Source: Clostridiales bacterium (GTDB lineage Bacteria > Bacillota > Clostridia > Lachnospirales > Bianqueaceae). From it: a stretch of DNA of 64,000 nucleotides. The notes under the pieces were generated by a model. The model ran no database searches. It saw only the letters and a list, made by a program, of their open reading frames with translations, and had not been told where the DNA came from. A program made the translations under genes and the position numbers. Of this stretch, positions 37,562-47,565 are shown in pieces. The DNA lies in assembly GCA_024689505.1 (NCBI GenBank), contig JAILDJ010000082.1, positions 7,145 to 71,144 of the forward strand, in the 5' to 3' direction. Position 1 is the stretch's first letter, and the number at the start of each line of letters is the position of its first letter.

Positions 37562-38875
37562 ATGGCCGGAAGGGTCATCTACTATTTCCTGCAGTGCACC
37601 TGGGGCCTGGTCCTGAATCTCGTGGGAGGGCTCCTGTGGGTGTTCCTGCATCTGAAAGGAGCGCGTGGCTTTCGGTATCAGAATGCGACGGTGACCTATT
37701 GGGACCGGGCATCCAGTATGGCCATCGGGACCTTCATTTTTCTGGAGAAGGATCTGGGCAAAGAGGAAGAGCGGATCCTGTATCATGAGTACGGGCATAC
37801 GTTCCAATCGGCTTGGCTCGGGTTATTGTATCTGCCGGTCATCGCCGTTCCATCTTTGATCTGGGCTAACAGCAAGCGTCTGGATCGTTACAGACGGCGT
37901 ACCGCAACTTCATATTACAAGTTTTATCCGGAGCGATGGGCCGATCGGATCGGCATCTGGCAGCTCCGCAAGTTAAAATCTATAGAAGGGAAGAAACGAG
38001 AAATGGACTATCCTGAGATCCCTATGCTTCCGATCAATCCTTCGTTGGAGGGCTTTGCATTGCTTCAGCGGGATATCGCGTATACCAGCTGCGACGGCAG
38101 GGATTATACACTGGATCTCCTCAGACCTTGGCCGGTAGATGAAGCAGCGCCTGTAAAGTATCCGTTGGTCGTGTTTGTACAAGGCAGTGCCTGGACGACA
38201 CCGGATCGGAACTATGAACTGCCGCAATTGGGCAAACTGGCGGCGGAAGGCTTTGTGGTAGCTACTGTAGGACATCGGTCCTGTGTGGATGGATATAAGG
38301 CGCCTGCGTTCCTTCAGGACGTTAAGACGGCCATCCGATTCCTCCGCGCACATGCGGATGTGTATGGGATCGATCCGGAACGGGTCTGCATCTGGGGCAC
38401 CAGTTCCGGCGGCAATACGGCGCTTCTGGTCGGCACGACCGGCGGTGATCCGCGATTCCTTACGGAAGAATATAAAGAGTATTCCGATGCGGTGCAGCTG
38501 GTCGTCGAATGCTTCGGTCCTACGGATCTGAACGCGATGGTGACTGAAAACTATCAGGCCATGGTGGATGATCCTACGACGATCTTCGCCATGCTCTGCG
38601 GTCATCCGTTCACCGACGAAGTCAAAGAAGTGATGGCTATGATCAGTCCCTTGAATTATGTCGAGGCCGGCAAGGATCTCCCGCCGTTCCTGTTGCTGCA
38701 TGGCACGGGGGATCCGGTCGTTGATTATACACAAAGTACCCGTATGTACAAGAAACTGCTGGACAATGGGTATGATGCCACCATGTATCAGGTGCCTGGC
38801 GCACCGCACGAAGGTTCGTTCTGGAGCAGAGAACTGCTGCAGGTGATCTTTGACTATATCAAGGCTCGGTTATAA
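37562..38875 (+). CDS. Fusion protein: N-terminal 3-TM HExxH membrane module + C-terminal alpha/beta-hydrolase (esterase/lipase fold)
   Basis: Residues 1-135 contain hydrophobic helices and HEYGH (37784-37798). Residues ~148-437 contain the VVFVQGSAW oxyanion-like region, the nucleophile elbow GTSSGGN and LLLHGTGDPVVD. It is one uninterrupted frame. Confidence 0.7.
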   Translation: MAGRVIYYFLQCTWGLVLNLVGGLLWVFLHLKGARGFRYQNATVTYWDRASSMAIGTFIFLEKDLGKEEERILYHEYGHTFQSAWLGLLYLPVIAVPSLIWANSKRLDRYRRRTATSYYKFYPERWADRIGIWQLRKLKSIEGKKREMDYPEIPMLPINPSLEGFALLQRDIAYTSCDGRDYTLDLLRPWPVDEAAPVKYPLVVFVQGSAWTTPDRNYELPQLGKLAAEGFVVATVGHRSCVDGYKAPAFLQDVKTAIRFLRAHADVYGIDPERVCIWGTSSGGNTALLVGTTGGDPRFLTEEYKEYSDAVQLVVECFGPTDLNAMVTENYQAMVDDPTTIFAMLCGHPFTDEVKEVMAMISPLNYVEAGKDLPPFLLLHGTGDPVVDYTQSTRMYKKLLDNGYDATMYQVPGAPHEGSFWSRELLQVIFDYIKARL

Positions 38876-38895
38876 GAAAACAGGAGGAAATTACT

Positions 38896-39966
38896 ATGGA
38901 AATGACATTGCGTTGGTACGGTTCCGCTTTTGATACTGTCACATTGAAACAGATCCGCCAGATCCCCGGCGTAACAGGCGTGATCACCACCCTGTATGAC
39001 ACAAAGCCCGGCGAAGTCTGGAGCCGGGAGAAGATCCGTGCACTAAAGGAAGAAGTCGAAGCATCCGGCCTGCATATCAGCGGTATCGAAAGCGTCAACG
39101 TTCATGACGCCATCAAGACCGGTGCCCCGGACCGGGATCAGTACATCGACAATTACATCGAGACGCTGGAGAACCTGGGCTTGGAGGACATCCACCTGGT
39201 CTGCTACAATTTCATGCCGGTCTTTGACTGGACCCGCACGGAGCTGGCCCGCGTGCGTCCGGATGGCTCCACCGTTCTGGCGTATACCCAGGAAGCGGTC
39301 GACGCGCTGGATCCGGAGAAAATGTTCGATTCCATCGCCGGTGACATGAACGGTACCGTGATGCCCGGCTGGGAACCAGAGCGCATGGAGCATGTCAAAG
39401 AACTCTTTGCCATGTATAAGGAGATCGATGATGAAGCGCTCTTCGCGAATCTGAAGTATTTCTTGGAGCGCATCATGCCGGTGTGCAACAAATACGACAT
39501 CAAGATGGCCATCCATCCGGATGATCCAGCCTGGAGCGTCTTTGGTCTGCCGCGCATCATCATCAACAAGAAGAACATCCTGCGTATGATGCAGATGGTC
39601 GATGATCCGCACAACGGTGTGACCTTCTGTTCGGGTTCTTATGGAACCAACCTGGAAAACGACCTGCCGGATATGATCCGTTCTTTGAAGGGCAGAGTGC
39701 ATTTTGCCCATGTGCGCAACCTGAAATTCCATTCTCCGACGAATTTCGAGGAAGCCGCACATTTGTCCTCCGACGGAACGTTCGATATGTATGAGATCAT
39801 GAAAGCTTTGTATGATATTGGGTTCGACGGGCCGATCCGTCCGGATCATGGCCGCATGATCTGGGATGAAGTCGCGATGCCGGGTTATGGTCTGTACGAC
39901 CGTGCACTTGGCGCCACCTATTTGAATGGTCTTTGGGAAGCAATAGAAAAGAGTCAAACAAGATGA
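38896..39966 (+). CDS. uxuA: Mannonate dehydratase
   Basis: MEMTLRWYG...VTLKQIRQIPGVTGVIT and FAHVRNL. 356 aa. Confidence 0.85.
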   Translation: MEMTLRWYGSAFDTVTLKQIRQIPGVTGVITTLYDTKPGEVWSREKIRALKEEVEASGLHISGIESVNVHDAIKTGAPDRDQYIDNYIETLENLGLEDIHLVCYNFMPVFDWTRTELARVRPDGSTVLAYTQEAVDALDPEKMFDSIAGDMNGTVMPGWEPERMEHVKELFAMYKEIDDEALFANLKYFLERIMPVCNKYDIKMAIHPDDPAWSVFGLPRIIINKKNILRMMQMVDDPHNGVTFCSGSYGTNLENDLPDMIRSLKGRVHFAHVRNLKFHSPTNFEEAAHLSSDGTFDMYEIMKALYDIGFDGPIRPDHGRMIWDEVAMPGYGLYDRALGATYLNGLWEAIEKSQTR

Positions 39967-41207
39967 ATAAAAGACAAGTAAGACAGATATTAAAAGATAC
40001 AGATTTCGTCCATACCGGCGGATCAGCGGAAGAACTGCGCGTGGCGGAATACTTGGCGGATCAGAGCCGGGCGATCGGCGCTGAGGCTCATCTGGAACCA
40101 TTCCCGGTGGAGATGGCTGACATGCATGCGGCACGTCTGACGGTGACCTATGCCAATGGTACGACAGCGGAAGTTCCCTGCGAAGGTTTCCGTCTGTGCG
40201 GCAGTGGAGAGATCGAAGCGCCCTTCGTGTATCTGCCGAATACGGATCCCGCGTCGCTGACGAAGGTCAAAGGGGCCATCGTCATGCTGGATACCGGCAT
40301 CCCGTTCTTCACATATCAGGACCTGATCGATCATGGTGCCGTCGGCATCATCACCTACGATGGCAACCTCAGGTACCGCGACAGCGACATCGATGCGAGA
40401 GAGCTCAGGCCCTATGTGCGCGGTGAGAAAGAAAAGATCCTTGGCGTCAACATCAATGCCAAGGAGGCCTTCAAACTGATCAAAGCCGGCGTACAGCGGG
40501 CAAAGATCTTTGTGGATGAAACCGAATATGCCGGTGAATCCCGCAACGTCGTTGCGGAGATCCCGGGCACTTCGGACGAGTGGATCGTGCTGACTGCCCA
40601 TTATGATACGACACCTTTGTCCCACGGTTCTTACGATAATATGTCCGGCTGCATCGGCCTGCTGTGTATCATGGACAACATGATCAAGAACGCCCCGCAT
40701 CGTTACGGCCTGCGGTTCGTCTTCTGCGGTAGTGAGGAGCGCGGCCTCCTGGGCTCCAAGGCCTATGTGAAGGATCATGCGGATGAACTGGAGAAGATCT
40801 GCCTGAACATCAACCTGGACATGATCGGTACCTTCATGGGCCGTTTCATCGGCTGTGTCAGTGCTGAAGAAGCACTGGCTTCCTACATCAGTTACATGGC
40901 TTCTGAAATCGGCTTCGGTATCAATGTGCGCTGCGGTGTGTATTCCAGCGATTCGACACCCTTTGCGGATCAAGGCGTCCCGGCCGTGTCCTTCGCCCGG
41001 ATCGCGAATCCCAGCCAGGCGACGATCCACAACCGCTATGATTCGCTGGAGCTGTTGTCTGATGAGCAGATGCTGGCGGACGGTGCTTTCCTGACCGCTT
41101 TCACAGCCCACATGGCAGATGCGGTGAAATGCCCGGTCAAGCGGGAGATCCCGGAGAATATCAAAAAAGAGCTGGACGAATATCTGTCCCGTAAGCGTAA
41201 GGGCTGA
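39963..41207 (+). CDS. M28-family metallopeptidase with PA domain
   Basis: TAHYDT, DNMSGC, GSEERGLLGS and NLDMIG. ATG 39963 overlaps the uxuA stop (ATGA). Confidence 0.75.
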   Translation: MNKRQVRQILKDTDFVHTGGSAEELRVAEYLADQSRAIGAEAHLEPFPVEMADMHAARLTVTYANGTTAEVPCEGFRLCGSGEIEAPFVYLPNTDPASLTKVKGAIVMLDTGIPFFTYQDLIDHGAVGIITYDGNLRYRDSDIDARELRPYVRGEKEKILGVNINAKEAFKLIKAGVQRAKIFVDETEYAGESRNVVAEIPGTSDEWIVLTAHYDTTPLSHGSYDNMSGCIGLLCIMDNMIKNAPHRYGLRFVFCGSEERGLLGSKAYVKDHADELEKICLNINLDMIGTFMGRFIGCVSAEEALASYISYMASEIGFGINVRCGVYSSDSTPFADQGVPAVSFARIANPSQATIHNRYDSLELLSDEQMLADGAFLTAFTAHMADAVKCPVKREIPENIKKELDEYLSRKRKG

Positions 41208-41215
41208 CGCATTCC

Positions 41216-41701
41216 ATGGAGTATGCACGTGCTACGCACGGTTTCGGTCCGCTGTATGACAGCGAAAGCCGCATCCTGATCCTTGGCTCCTTTCCTTCGA
41301 TCAAATCTCGAGAGCAGGCCTTTTTCTACGGCCATCCGCAAAACCGTTTCTGGAAGGTCCTGGCCCGCGTATATGGAGAAGAGGAACTGGGGAGCATCGA
41401 GGAAAAAAGCGCCTTCGCGCATCGGCATCACATCGCGTTGTATGACTCGATCGAAGCCTGCGATATCAAAGGCTCGAGCGACAGTACCATCAAAAACGTA
41501 GAACCGGCGGATCTGTCTCCCATCATTGCGGCGGGACAGATCGGCCGGATCTTTACCAATGGGAAACGTTCTGCCGAAATGTTCGAAAAATACCAGACGA
41601 CCGAGATCCCTATGATCTGTCTGCCGTCCACCAGCCCGGCCAACGCGGCCTGGAGCCTGGACCGGCTGATCGAAGCCTGGAAGATCATATTGGATTATTA
41701 A
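41216..41701 (+). CDS. Uracil-DNA glycosylase superfamily protein (deoxyinosine/hypoxanthine-DNA glycosylase-like)
   Basis: 161 aa with ILILGSFPSIKSREQAFFYGHPQNRFW and LPSTSPANA. Confidence 0.65.
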   Translation: MEYARATHGFGPLYDSESRILILGSFPSIKSREQAFFYGHPQNRFWKVLARVYGEEELGSIEEKSAFAHRHHIALYDSIEACDIKGSSDSTIKNVEPADLSPIIAAGQIGRIFTNGKRSAEMFEKYQTTEIPMICLPSTSPANAAWSLDRLIEAWKIILDY

Positions 41702-41712
41702 GAGGGAGTATT

Positions 41713-42738
41713 ATGATTTCTTTTGCAAGTGATTATACGACAGGCATGCATCCGAAGATCCTGGAGGCGTATGCTGCGACCAATCTGGAACCATTGCTCG
41801 GTTACGGCATGGATGCCTACAGTTTTTCTGCCGCGGAAAAGATCCGCGCATATATCGGGAAACCGGAAGCGGAGGTCTTTTTCCTGACTGGTGGGACACA
41901 GACCAATGAAACGGTCATCAGCACCATGCTGGAGCCTTGGCAGGGCGTGATCGCGGCCGAGACCGGCCACATCCAGGTCCATGAGGCCGGCGCCGTGGAG
42001 TATACCGGACATAAGGTCCTGTGCCTGCCATCACATACAGGACTGTTGGATCCTGCGGAAGTCGAAGCGTATATCAAGACTTTCTATCAGGATGAATCCC
42101 ATGACCATATGGTCTTTCCGGGCATGATCTATATTTCCTATCCATCGGAGATGGGAACGTTGTATTCGAAAGAGACATTGGCCAGGCTGTATGAGCTTTG
42201 TAAGACCTATGACATGAAACTTTTCATCGATGGGGCGCGTCTTGGATATGGGCTCGCATCTCCTGACGCCGATATGACGATGCAGGAACTGGCCGGTTTG
42301 TGCGATGTCTTCTATATCGGCGGCACCAAGGTCGGTGCACCGATCGGGGAGGCCGTCGTCTTCTGCGGCTGCCCGGCACCCAGGCATTTCATTACGATGG
42401 TCAAGCAGCATGGTGCGATGCTGGCCAAAGGCCGCATGACCGGTATCCCTTTCGACGTACTCTTTACGGATGATCTGTATATGCAGATCAGCCGCCATGC
42501 CATGGATATGGCGGAACGTCTGAAGGTGATCTTCCAGTCAAAAGGATACGCGTTTGCCTGGGCTTCGCCCACCAATCAGCAGTTCGTGATCCTGCCAAAC
42601 GAGCAGATCGAGGCACTGCGCGGTGCTGTGGACTTCAGTGTCTGGGAGCCTGCGGATGAGACACACAGTGTGGTACGCTTTGCCACCAGCTGGTCCACGA
42701 CGAAAGAGGATCTGGAGATCTTAAAGGGCCTTTTATAA
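41713..42738 (+). CDS. Threonine aldolase / beta-eliminating lyase family PLP enzyme
   Basis: 341 aa with SDYTTGMHPKILEA, LTGGTQTNE and YIGGTKVGAPIGEA. Confidence 0.6.
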   Translation: MISFASDYTTGMHPKILEAYAATNLEPLLGYGMDAYSFSAAEKIRAYIGKPEAEVFFLTGGTQTNETVISTMLEPWQGVIAAETGHIQVHEAGAVEYTGHKVLCLPSHTGLLDPAEVEAYIKTFYQDESHDHMVFPGMIYISYPSEMGTLYSKETLARLYELCKTYDMKLFIDGARLGYGLASPDADMTMQELAGLCDVFYIGGTKVGAPIGEAVVFCGCPAPRHFITMVKQHGAMLAKGRMTGIPFDVLFTDDLYMQISRHAMDMAERLKVIFQSKGYAFAWASPTNQQFVILPNEQIEALRGAVDFSVWEPADETHSVVRFATSWSTTKEDLEILKGLL

Positions 42739-42828
42739 AACCGTTATCCCGGTAATCCGCCTTTTATCCCAGAAGGTTGCATGCAACGGTACCTGCATGG
42801 TAGTATCGTCGGTAAGGAGGCATACACC

Positions 42829-43461
42829 ATGAGCCAACCATTTCATGACATTTATGCTTCGTCTCAGGGCATGATCCTGAACGGAGAACCAGTCGATCAA
42901 GAAGGAAAGAAGCGTAGGCCGATCAAAGAACGTCCGCCTCGAAAAAAAGGCAGCAAGAAGAAAAATACCGGATGGTTTCTCATAGGGATCTTGATTTTGG
43001 TCCTTTTTGTGCCCCTGCCGATACCGTTCCATCATAGTATGAAAGTCCAGTATGTGAAGTCGGACGATCGAGAACTGCTGCAGAGCAGCACGCTGGAGAT
43101 GAAAGGGTGGATCTTCCGCTATGCAATCCAACAGGATCGCTTCATGATGCAGCTGCGGGAGCAGGTGTTGACAGAAGGAGCGGCGGCAGACAGCGGATGG
43201 ATCCGGATGAAGGGCAACTTGTTCTATGACAGCCTGACGTCGGAAATGCCGGACGGAATGATGAATTTCTACTTCGACAGCATCCCGGAAGGGTTTTCAC
43301 CTATGTTTACGGAGTTCTTTACAAGTTACTTCGCGCCGGTGATGAAAGATGATTTCTCGTGGATCCTGGCGCACAGTCAGTCTTCTTTCGCGGTCGGACC
43401 CGCCGAAGATGTGGAGGATGCCACGACCCAGATCCTGGAATATCTCAGTTTGAAGAAATGA
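42829..43461 (+). CDS. Hypothetical single-pass membrane protein
   Basis: ATG 42829 follows AAGGAGG. It has a basic N-terminal segment, one TM segment (WFLIGILILVLFVPLPIPF) and a ~130-aa extracytoplasmic part with no motif I recognise. Confidence 0.55.
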   Translation: MSQPFHDIYASSQGMILNGEPVDQEGKKRRPIKERPPRKKGSKKKNTGWFLIGILILVLFVPLPIPFHHSMKVQYVKSDDRELLQSSTLEMKGWIFRYAIQQDRFMMQLREQVLTEGAAADSGWIRMKGNLFYDSLTSEMPDGMMNFYFDSIPEGFSPMFTEFFTSYFAPVMKDDFSWILAHSQSSFAVGPAEDVEDATTQILEYLSLKK

Positions 43462-43462
43462 A

Positions 43463-43508
43463 AAAAGGGAGTGTGAAAACGATTCGATCGTTTTTCGCAC
43501 TCCTTTTG
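43463..43508. terminator. Bidirectional terminator between convergent genes
   Basis: A long stem, AAAAGGGAGTGTGAAAACGAT with ATCGTTTTTCGCACTCCTTTT (one bulge), flanked by an A-run and a T-run. Confidence 0.75.
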
Positions 43509-43550
43509 TAATACAAAGGTTTCAGACGACCCGGGATCACATAGATACAT

Positions 43551-46500
43551 TTAGTAACATACTTTGATCGTCTGGATCTCGAAGGGGTGAAAAGAGAGAG
43601 GAAGGGCATGACCGATCATGGTCAGGGGTTCCTGGACCTCTTCCAGCATATTGGCCCTGTAAGCCGTTGTAATGCCCTCAGAAAGCGTCAGAAGGGCATT
43701 GGTGCGTGTTCCCTCGGTTTCATACAAACGAAGGATCAGAGCGCGTGCAGCGTCCTCACACGGCTTGATCGTTTCGATGATGATATTGGCCTTGTCGATC
43801 TTGGCGATCTGTGGAAGATCCAATGTTCCCTTAGCGAAGACCGGATGATAGTTCAGCTGGTATGCCGGACGGACGACGGCTTCCGCAGAGAATCCGCAAG
43901 GATGCGGCAGGAAGGAATAAACGACATGATGATCCCCATGGTCGCCGGTATAGTCAGGCCTCAGGCCCCCTTTGTGCAGCGATAGTCCGACCTGACTTCC
44001 ATCGACGCTGATCCCGTATTTGCAGTCATTGAGGAAAGCGATACCGTATCCGGGTTCGGATAGATCTGTGTATTTATGCTGGGCAACTTCGAAGCGGGCT
44101 TGTTCCCACGTCGTGTTGCGGGTCGTGGGCCGCAGTACATGACCGAACTGGATCTCATGACGGGCATGGTCCGCCCGGACATCCACGTCGAAACGTGCTT
44201 TCAGGAAGCGATGGTCATCCTGCCAGTGCATGAGTGTATCATAGCGGATCTCGGGTGAATCCGCAAAGAAGATCTGATCCTGGTCGATGGTGGACTTTTC
44301 ACTGATGCAGTAGGTGCGGCGGATGACAAACGCCCACGGACCATCGGAGATGACCATGCTGGAGATGCACGTGGCGCAAGGGGCGAATCTGCGTTGGATG
44401 TCCGGATCCAGATCCCAGTTGTCCCAGGAAGAGGGCACGTCTTCCGCCATGACGAAGGCGCCGAGGGGCAGAGGGCCGGCGGCCAGTTCACGTCCGGCTT
44501 TGCTGTCATAACAGGAAGTCATGAAGCCGTCATCATCGAAACTGATCTCGTAGAAGGGTGTGGAAAGATGGTTTCCATCATATTGGAACGGGGATGGCTG
44601 TGCTTCAGTGGATACTGGCAGTGCCATCCCGCTGTAGGCAGGAATGCTGAGCCCGCCTAAGATACGATAGGGATGCCCGTACAAATTGGTGTATGCTTGC
44701 CCGGGACAGGCGCCTTCCGGCAGTATGTCCTGAGGTATGAAGAGTGTATCTTTTCGGGGGAAGGACAAGGGATTCCATACGGACGGCGCGCTTGCATCTT
44801 CAGTGTACAGAAGATCCTGGATCGCCGTTTTTGCGCTGGTCAGCAGATTCCGCATGTCGGTCTTGCACCGTTGATGTGCTTCCGGGATGCAGGTGCCGGG
44901 CAGGATATCATGGAACTGATTGACGAGCAGGGTGCCCAAAAGTTCATTAGACCGGGAAATGTCCGCGGGTTTGTTTTCGGCCATGGCCTTGGCTGCGGTC
45001 AGCCATTCCAGATCGTGCAGCAGGACTTCTGCCTTGCGGTTGTTGTATTTGATCTCGTGCTGATTGGTCAAAGTGCCCCGGTGCAGTTCCAGATACAATT
45101 CACCACGATAAACATTGGGGTCGGAGATGTGTTCTTCCAGGTCCTGCATGAAGCGGGAGACCGTCATGGTCTCGGAACGTGGCACTTCGTTCAGGTCCCG
45201 GACCCGGCGGGCCATCTCGATCATTTCGAACATGGGACCGCCGCCACCATCGCCGAAGCCATAGGAGATCAGCTTGCAGTCGGTGACGCCTTTCTGCCGG
45301 ATCGAAGCAGCCTGCTGGATCAGTGTTTCCGCGTCAGGCCAGGTGTGGGACTGGTTGAAATGGGTCAGGACGCGGGTACCGTCCAGACCCTCCCAGTAGA
45401 AGGTATCATAAGGGAACTCGTTTGTATCGTTCCAGGATATCTTGGTCGTAAGGAAATACTTCGTGCCGCAGCCCTTCATGATCTGCGGGATCGCCGCGGA
45501 GTAGCCGAAGGTGTCGGGCAGCCAGAAACTGTCGGCCGTATAATCGAAGTATTTGCGGGTAAAGCGCTGTCCCCATAGAAATTGACGGACCATGGATTCA
45601 CCGCCTGTGATATTACAGTCGCATTCTACCCAGACACCGCCATTGGGTTCATAGCGTCCTTCTTTGACTTTTTCCCGGATCCGTTCAAACAAGGTGGGAT
45701 AGTATCGGCGCAGCATATCGCTATGGAAGGCGGAGCTCTGGATGAACCGATATTCCGGATACTGTTCCATCAGGCTCAGTTCGTTGGAATAGGTGCGGGC
45801 ACATTTCTTAAGTGTTTCCTCCAACGGCCAAAGCCAGGCTGTGTCCATGTGGGAGTGACCGATCAGACCAATGAAAGGTGCCGCGGGACCGTTGGTTTCT
45901 GCAAGGATCTCTTTGAGATATGCATGTGACGCGAAAAGCCGCTCAAAGAAAAGGTCCTTGGCAACGCTGTCCGGATCGTACAGGACGGTATCATGGACAC
46001 GGGCCAGGGCATTGATGGCCCGGGCACGGAAGAAACTGTTCTCCGGCAGACTTTCTGCCAGCTGTCCTACCGTTTTCAGGTCGAACCAGTACTCCAGCAA
46101 AGCATCGTTTTTCGTGCACAGATACAGACCATCATACGTGTAGTGCAGGTCCAGGTCTGAGGTGTCGAAAGGATCGCAGCCTTGATACTTGTGTCCGGCG
46201 TAGTACTCGACAGCCAGATCGATGGTCTCACCGGCTTTTGCGTTTTTGCGGACTAGATCGCAATAATGGTTGCCATGACCGGTATAGACGATCTTGGTAT
46301 TGAAGGTGCCGCTGGGTGCTCCATCTACGAACAGCAAGGCCTCATATCCGCCCAGACGCGGCATCAGGAACAGATCGCGGCCATCCAGTCGTTCTGGCAC
46401 GGTATAACGGGTCCGGATCCAGAGGTACTGTTTCGGACCGCCCCAGGGCCAGCCCTTCTGGACCGGTGCATATACCAGATCTTCCGGTACGGCATAATAT

Positions 46501-46625
46501 TGTTTCGCGGTCTGACAGGCCTCGGCCGGGAGTTCTTCTTCGATATGGAACAAATAGGGGACCAGAGTATCTTCCAGGCGTTTGAGCTTATGGAGCATGC
46601 GCTTGATATGTGCCTCGGGGAGCAT
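43551..46625 (-). CDS. GH38 alpha-mannosidase (cytoplasmic, MngB-like)
   Basis: About 1024 aa with GHSHMDTAWLWP and WLPDTFGYS, and no signal peptide. The start, after AAGGAGG, corresponds to MLPEAHIKRM. Confidence 0.85.
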   Translation of the reverse strand: MLPEAHIKRMLHKLKRLEDTLVPYLFHIEEELPAEACQTAKQYYAVPEDLVYAPVQKGWPWGGPKQYLWIRTRYTVPERLDGRDLFLMPRLGGYEALLFVDGAPSGTFNTKIVYTGHGNHYCDLVRKNAKAGETIDLAVEYYAGHKYQGCDPFDTSDLDLHYTYDGLYLCTKNDALLEYWFDLKTVGQLAESLPENSFFRARAINALARVHDTVLYDPDSVAKDLFFERLFASHAYLKEILAETNGPAAPFIGLIGHSHMDTAWLWPLEETLKKCARTYSNELSLMEQYPEYRFIQSSAFHSDMLRRYYPTLFERIREKVKEGRYEPNGGVWVECDCNITGGESMVRQFLWGQRFTRKYFDYTADSFWLPDTFGYSAAIPQIMKGCGTKYFLTTKISWNDTNEFPYDTFYWEGLDGTRVLTHFNQSHTWPDAETLIQQAASIRQKGVTDCKLISYGFGDGGGGPMFEMIEMARRVRDLNEVPRSETMTVSRFMQDLEEHISDPNVYRGELYLELHRGTLTNQHEIKYNNRKAEVLLHDLEWLTAAKAMAENKPADISRSNELLGTLLVNQFHDILPGTCIPEAHQRCKTDMRNLLTSAKTAIQDLLYTEDASAPSVWNPLSFPRKDTLFIPQDILPEGACPGQAYTNLYGHPYRILGGLSIPAYSGMALPVSTEAQPSPFQYDGNHLSTPFYEISFDDDGFMTSCYDSKAGRELAAGPLPLGAFVMAEDVPSSWDNWDLDPDIQRRFAPCATCISSMVISDGPWAFVIRRTYCISEKSTIDQDQIFFADSPEIRYDTLMHWQDDHRFLKARFDVDVRADHARHEIQFGHVLRPTTRNTTWEQARFEVAQHKYTDLSEPGYGIAFLNDCKYGISVDGSQVGLSLHKGGLRPDYTGDHGDHHVVYSFLPHPCGFSAEAVVRPAYQLNYHPVFAKGTLDLPQIAKIDKANIIIETIKPCEDAARALILRLYETEGTRTNALLTLSEGITTAYRANMLEEVQEPLTMIGHALPLSFHPFEIQTIKVCY

Positions 46626-46699
46626 GGGCAGGACCTCCTTTACGTTAGGGTTTGCTTGTATTATCATAAAAATAGACTGGAATGTCAACCGGGGCTATG

Positions 46700-46715
46700 A
46701 TACAATATATTGTAT
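46700..46715. promoter_or_regulatory. Perfect 16-bp palindrome ATACAATATATTGTAT (NrdR-box-like)
   Basis: The sequence is its own reverse complement. It matches the published NrdR-box consensus acaCwAtATaTwGtgt at 14 of 16 positions. It lies 32 nt upstream of the TPR gene ATG. Confidence 0.5.
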
Positions 46716-46746
46716 GTTACAAAGAGTAGGACCATAAGGAGCCGTC

Positions 46747-47565
46747 ATGTCAGAACTACATAAAGAGGACTATCAGGAGCAGCGCTGTCTTTTGTGCGAC
46801 GAGCCTGCGGAAGTGCGCATGATACCGCAGCAGCGGATCATCGAGAAGATGAACGATCATATGAGCCGCAGGGATTATGCCGGTGCGGAACGCCATCTTC
46901 TGTATTGGATGGAGGAGGCAGAACTGGGGCATGATGAACGTGGGCAGCTCATGCTGTGCGGCGAACTAGTCGGCCATTTCCGCAAGACAGGGAACAAGGA
47001 ACAAGCCATGAAATACGCGGAACAGGGGCTGATGCTGATCGACCGTCTGGATTTCTGTGATACCATGAGCGCTGCTACGCTGTATGTCAATATCGCCACA
47101 GCCTGCAATGCTTTCGATGAAAACGAACGCGCCATCGAATTGTTCCAAAAAGCACGTGTCATCTATGAAAGTTCAGAGCGTACCGCGCCGGATCTGCTGG
47201 GCGGACTGTATAATAATATGGCGCTCACGCTGACGGATCTGCGTCGTTATGAAGAAGCGGCCGGCTTGTATGAAAAAGCGCTGAAGATCATGGAACAGGC
47301 ACCGCACGGGGCGTTGGAACAGGCCATCACCTGGCTGAATCTGGCGGATCTGTTTACGGCGGCCGAAGACGAAGAAACTGCGGAAGCAAAGGCCTTTGAT
47401 TGTCTGGACAAGGCGGCGGAACTGCTGGATACGCCATCGCTCACGCGGGATGGATATTATGCGTTCGTCTGTGAAAAGTGTGCCCCTTCTTTTGAATATT
47501 ACGGGTATTTCCGGGAAGCGGCGGATCTGAAAGAGAGGGCGGAGAAGATCTATGCAGGGGCTTGA
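46747..47565 (+). CDS. Tetratricopeptide-repeat protein, function unknown
   Basis: 272 aa with repeated 34-aa A/Y/L patterns (LYNNMALTLTDLRRYEEAAGLYEKALKI and others). Confidence 0.7.
   Translation: MSELHKEDYQEQRCLLCDEPAEVRMIPQQRIIEKMNDHMSRRDYAGAERHLLYWMEEAELGHDERGQLMLCGELVGHFRKTGNKEQAMKYAEQGLMLIDRLDFCDTMSAATLYVNIATACNAFDENERAIELFQKARVIYESSERTAPDLLGGLYNNMALTLTDLRRYEEAAGLYEKALKIMEQAPHGALEQAITWLNLADLFTAAEDEETAEAKAFDCLDKAAELLDTPSLTRDGYYAFVCEKCAPSFEYYGYFREAADLKERAEKIYAGA

Noticed and set aside
46669-46746. A second NrdR box partnering the perfect palindrome at 46700-46715.
   Set aside because: The 16-mers centred 31 bp upstream (AAAATAGACTGGAATG) and 31 bp downstream (ACCATAAGGAGCCGTC) show no similarity to the consensus. 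Only a single site can be claimed.
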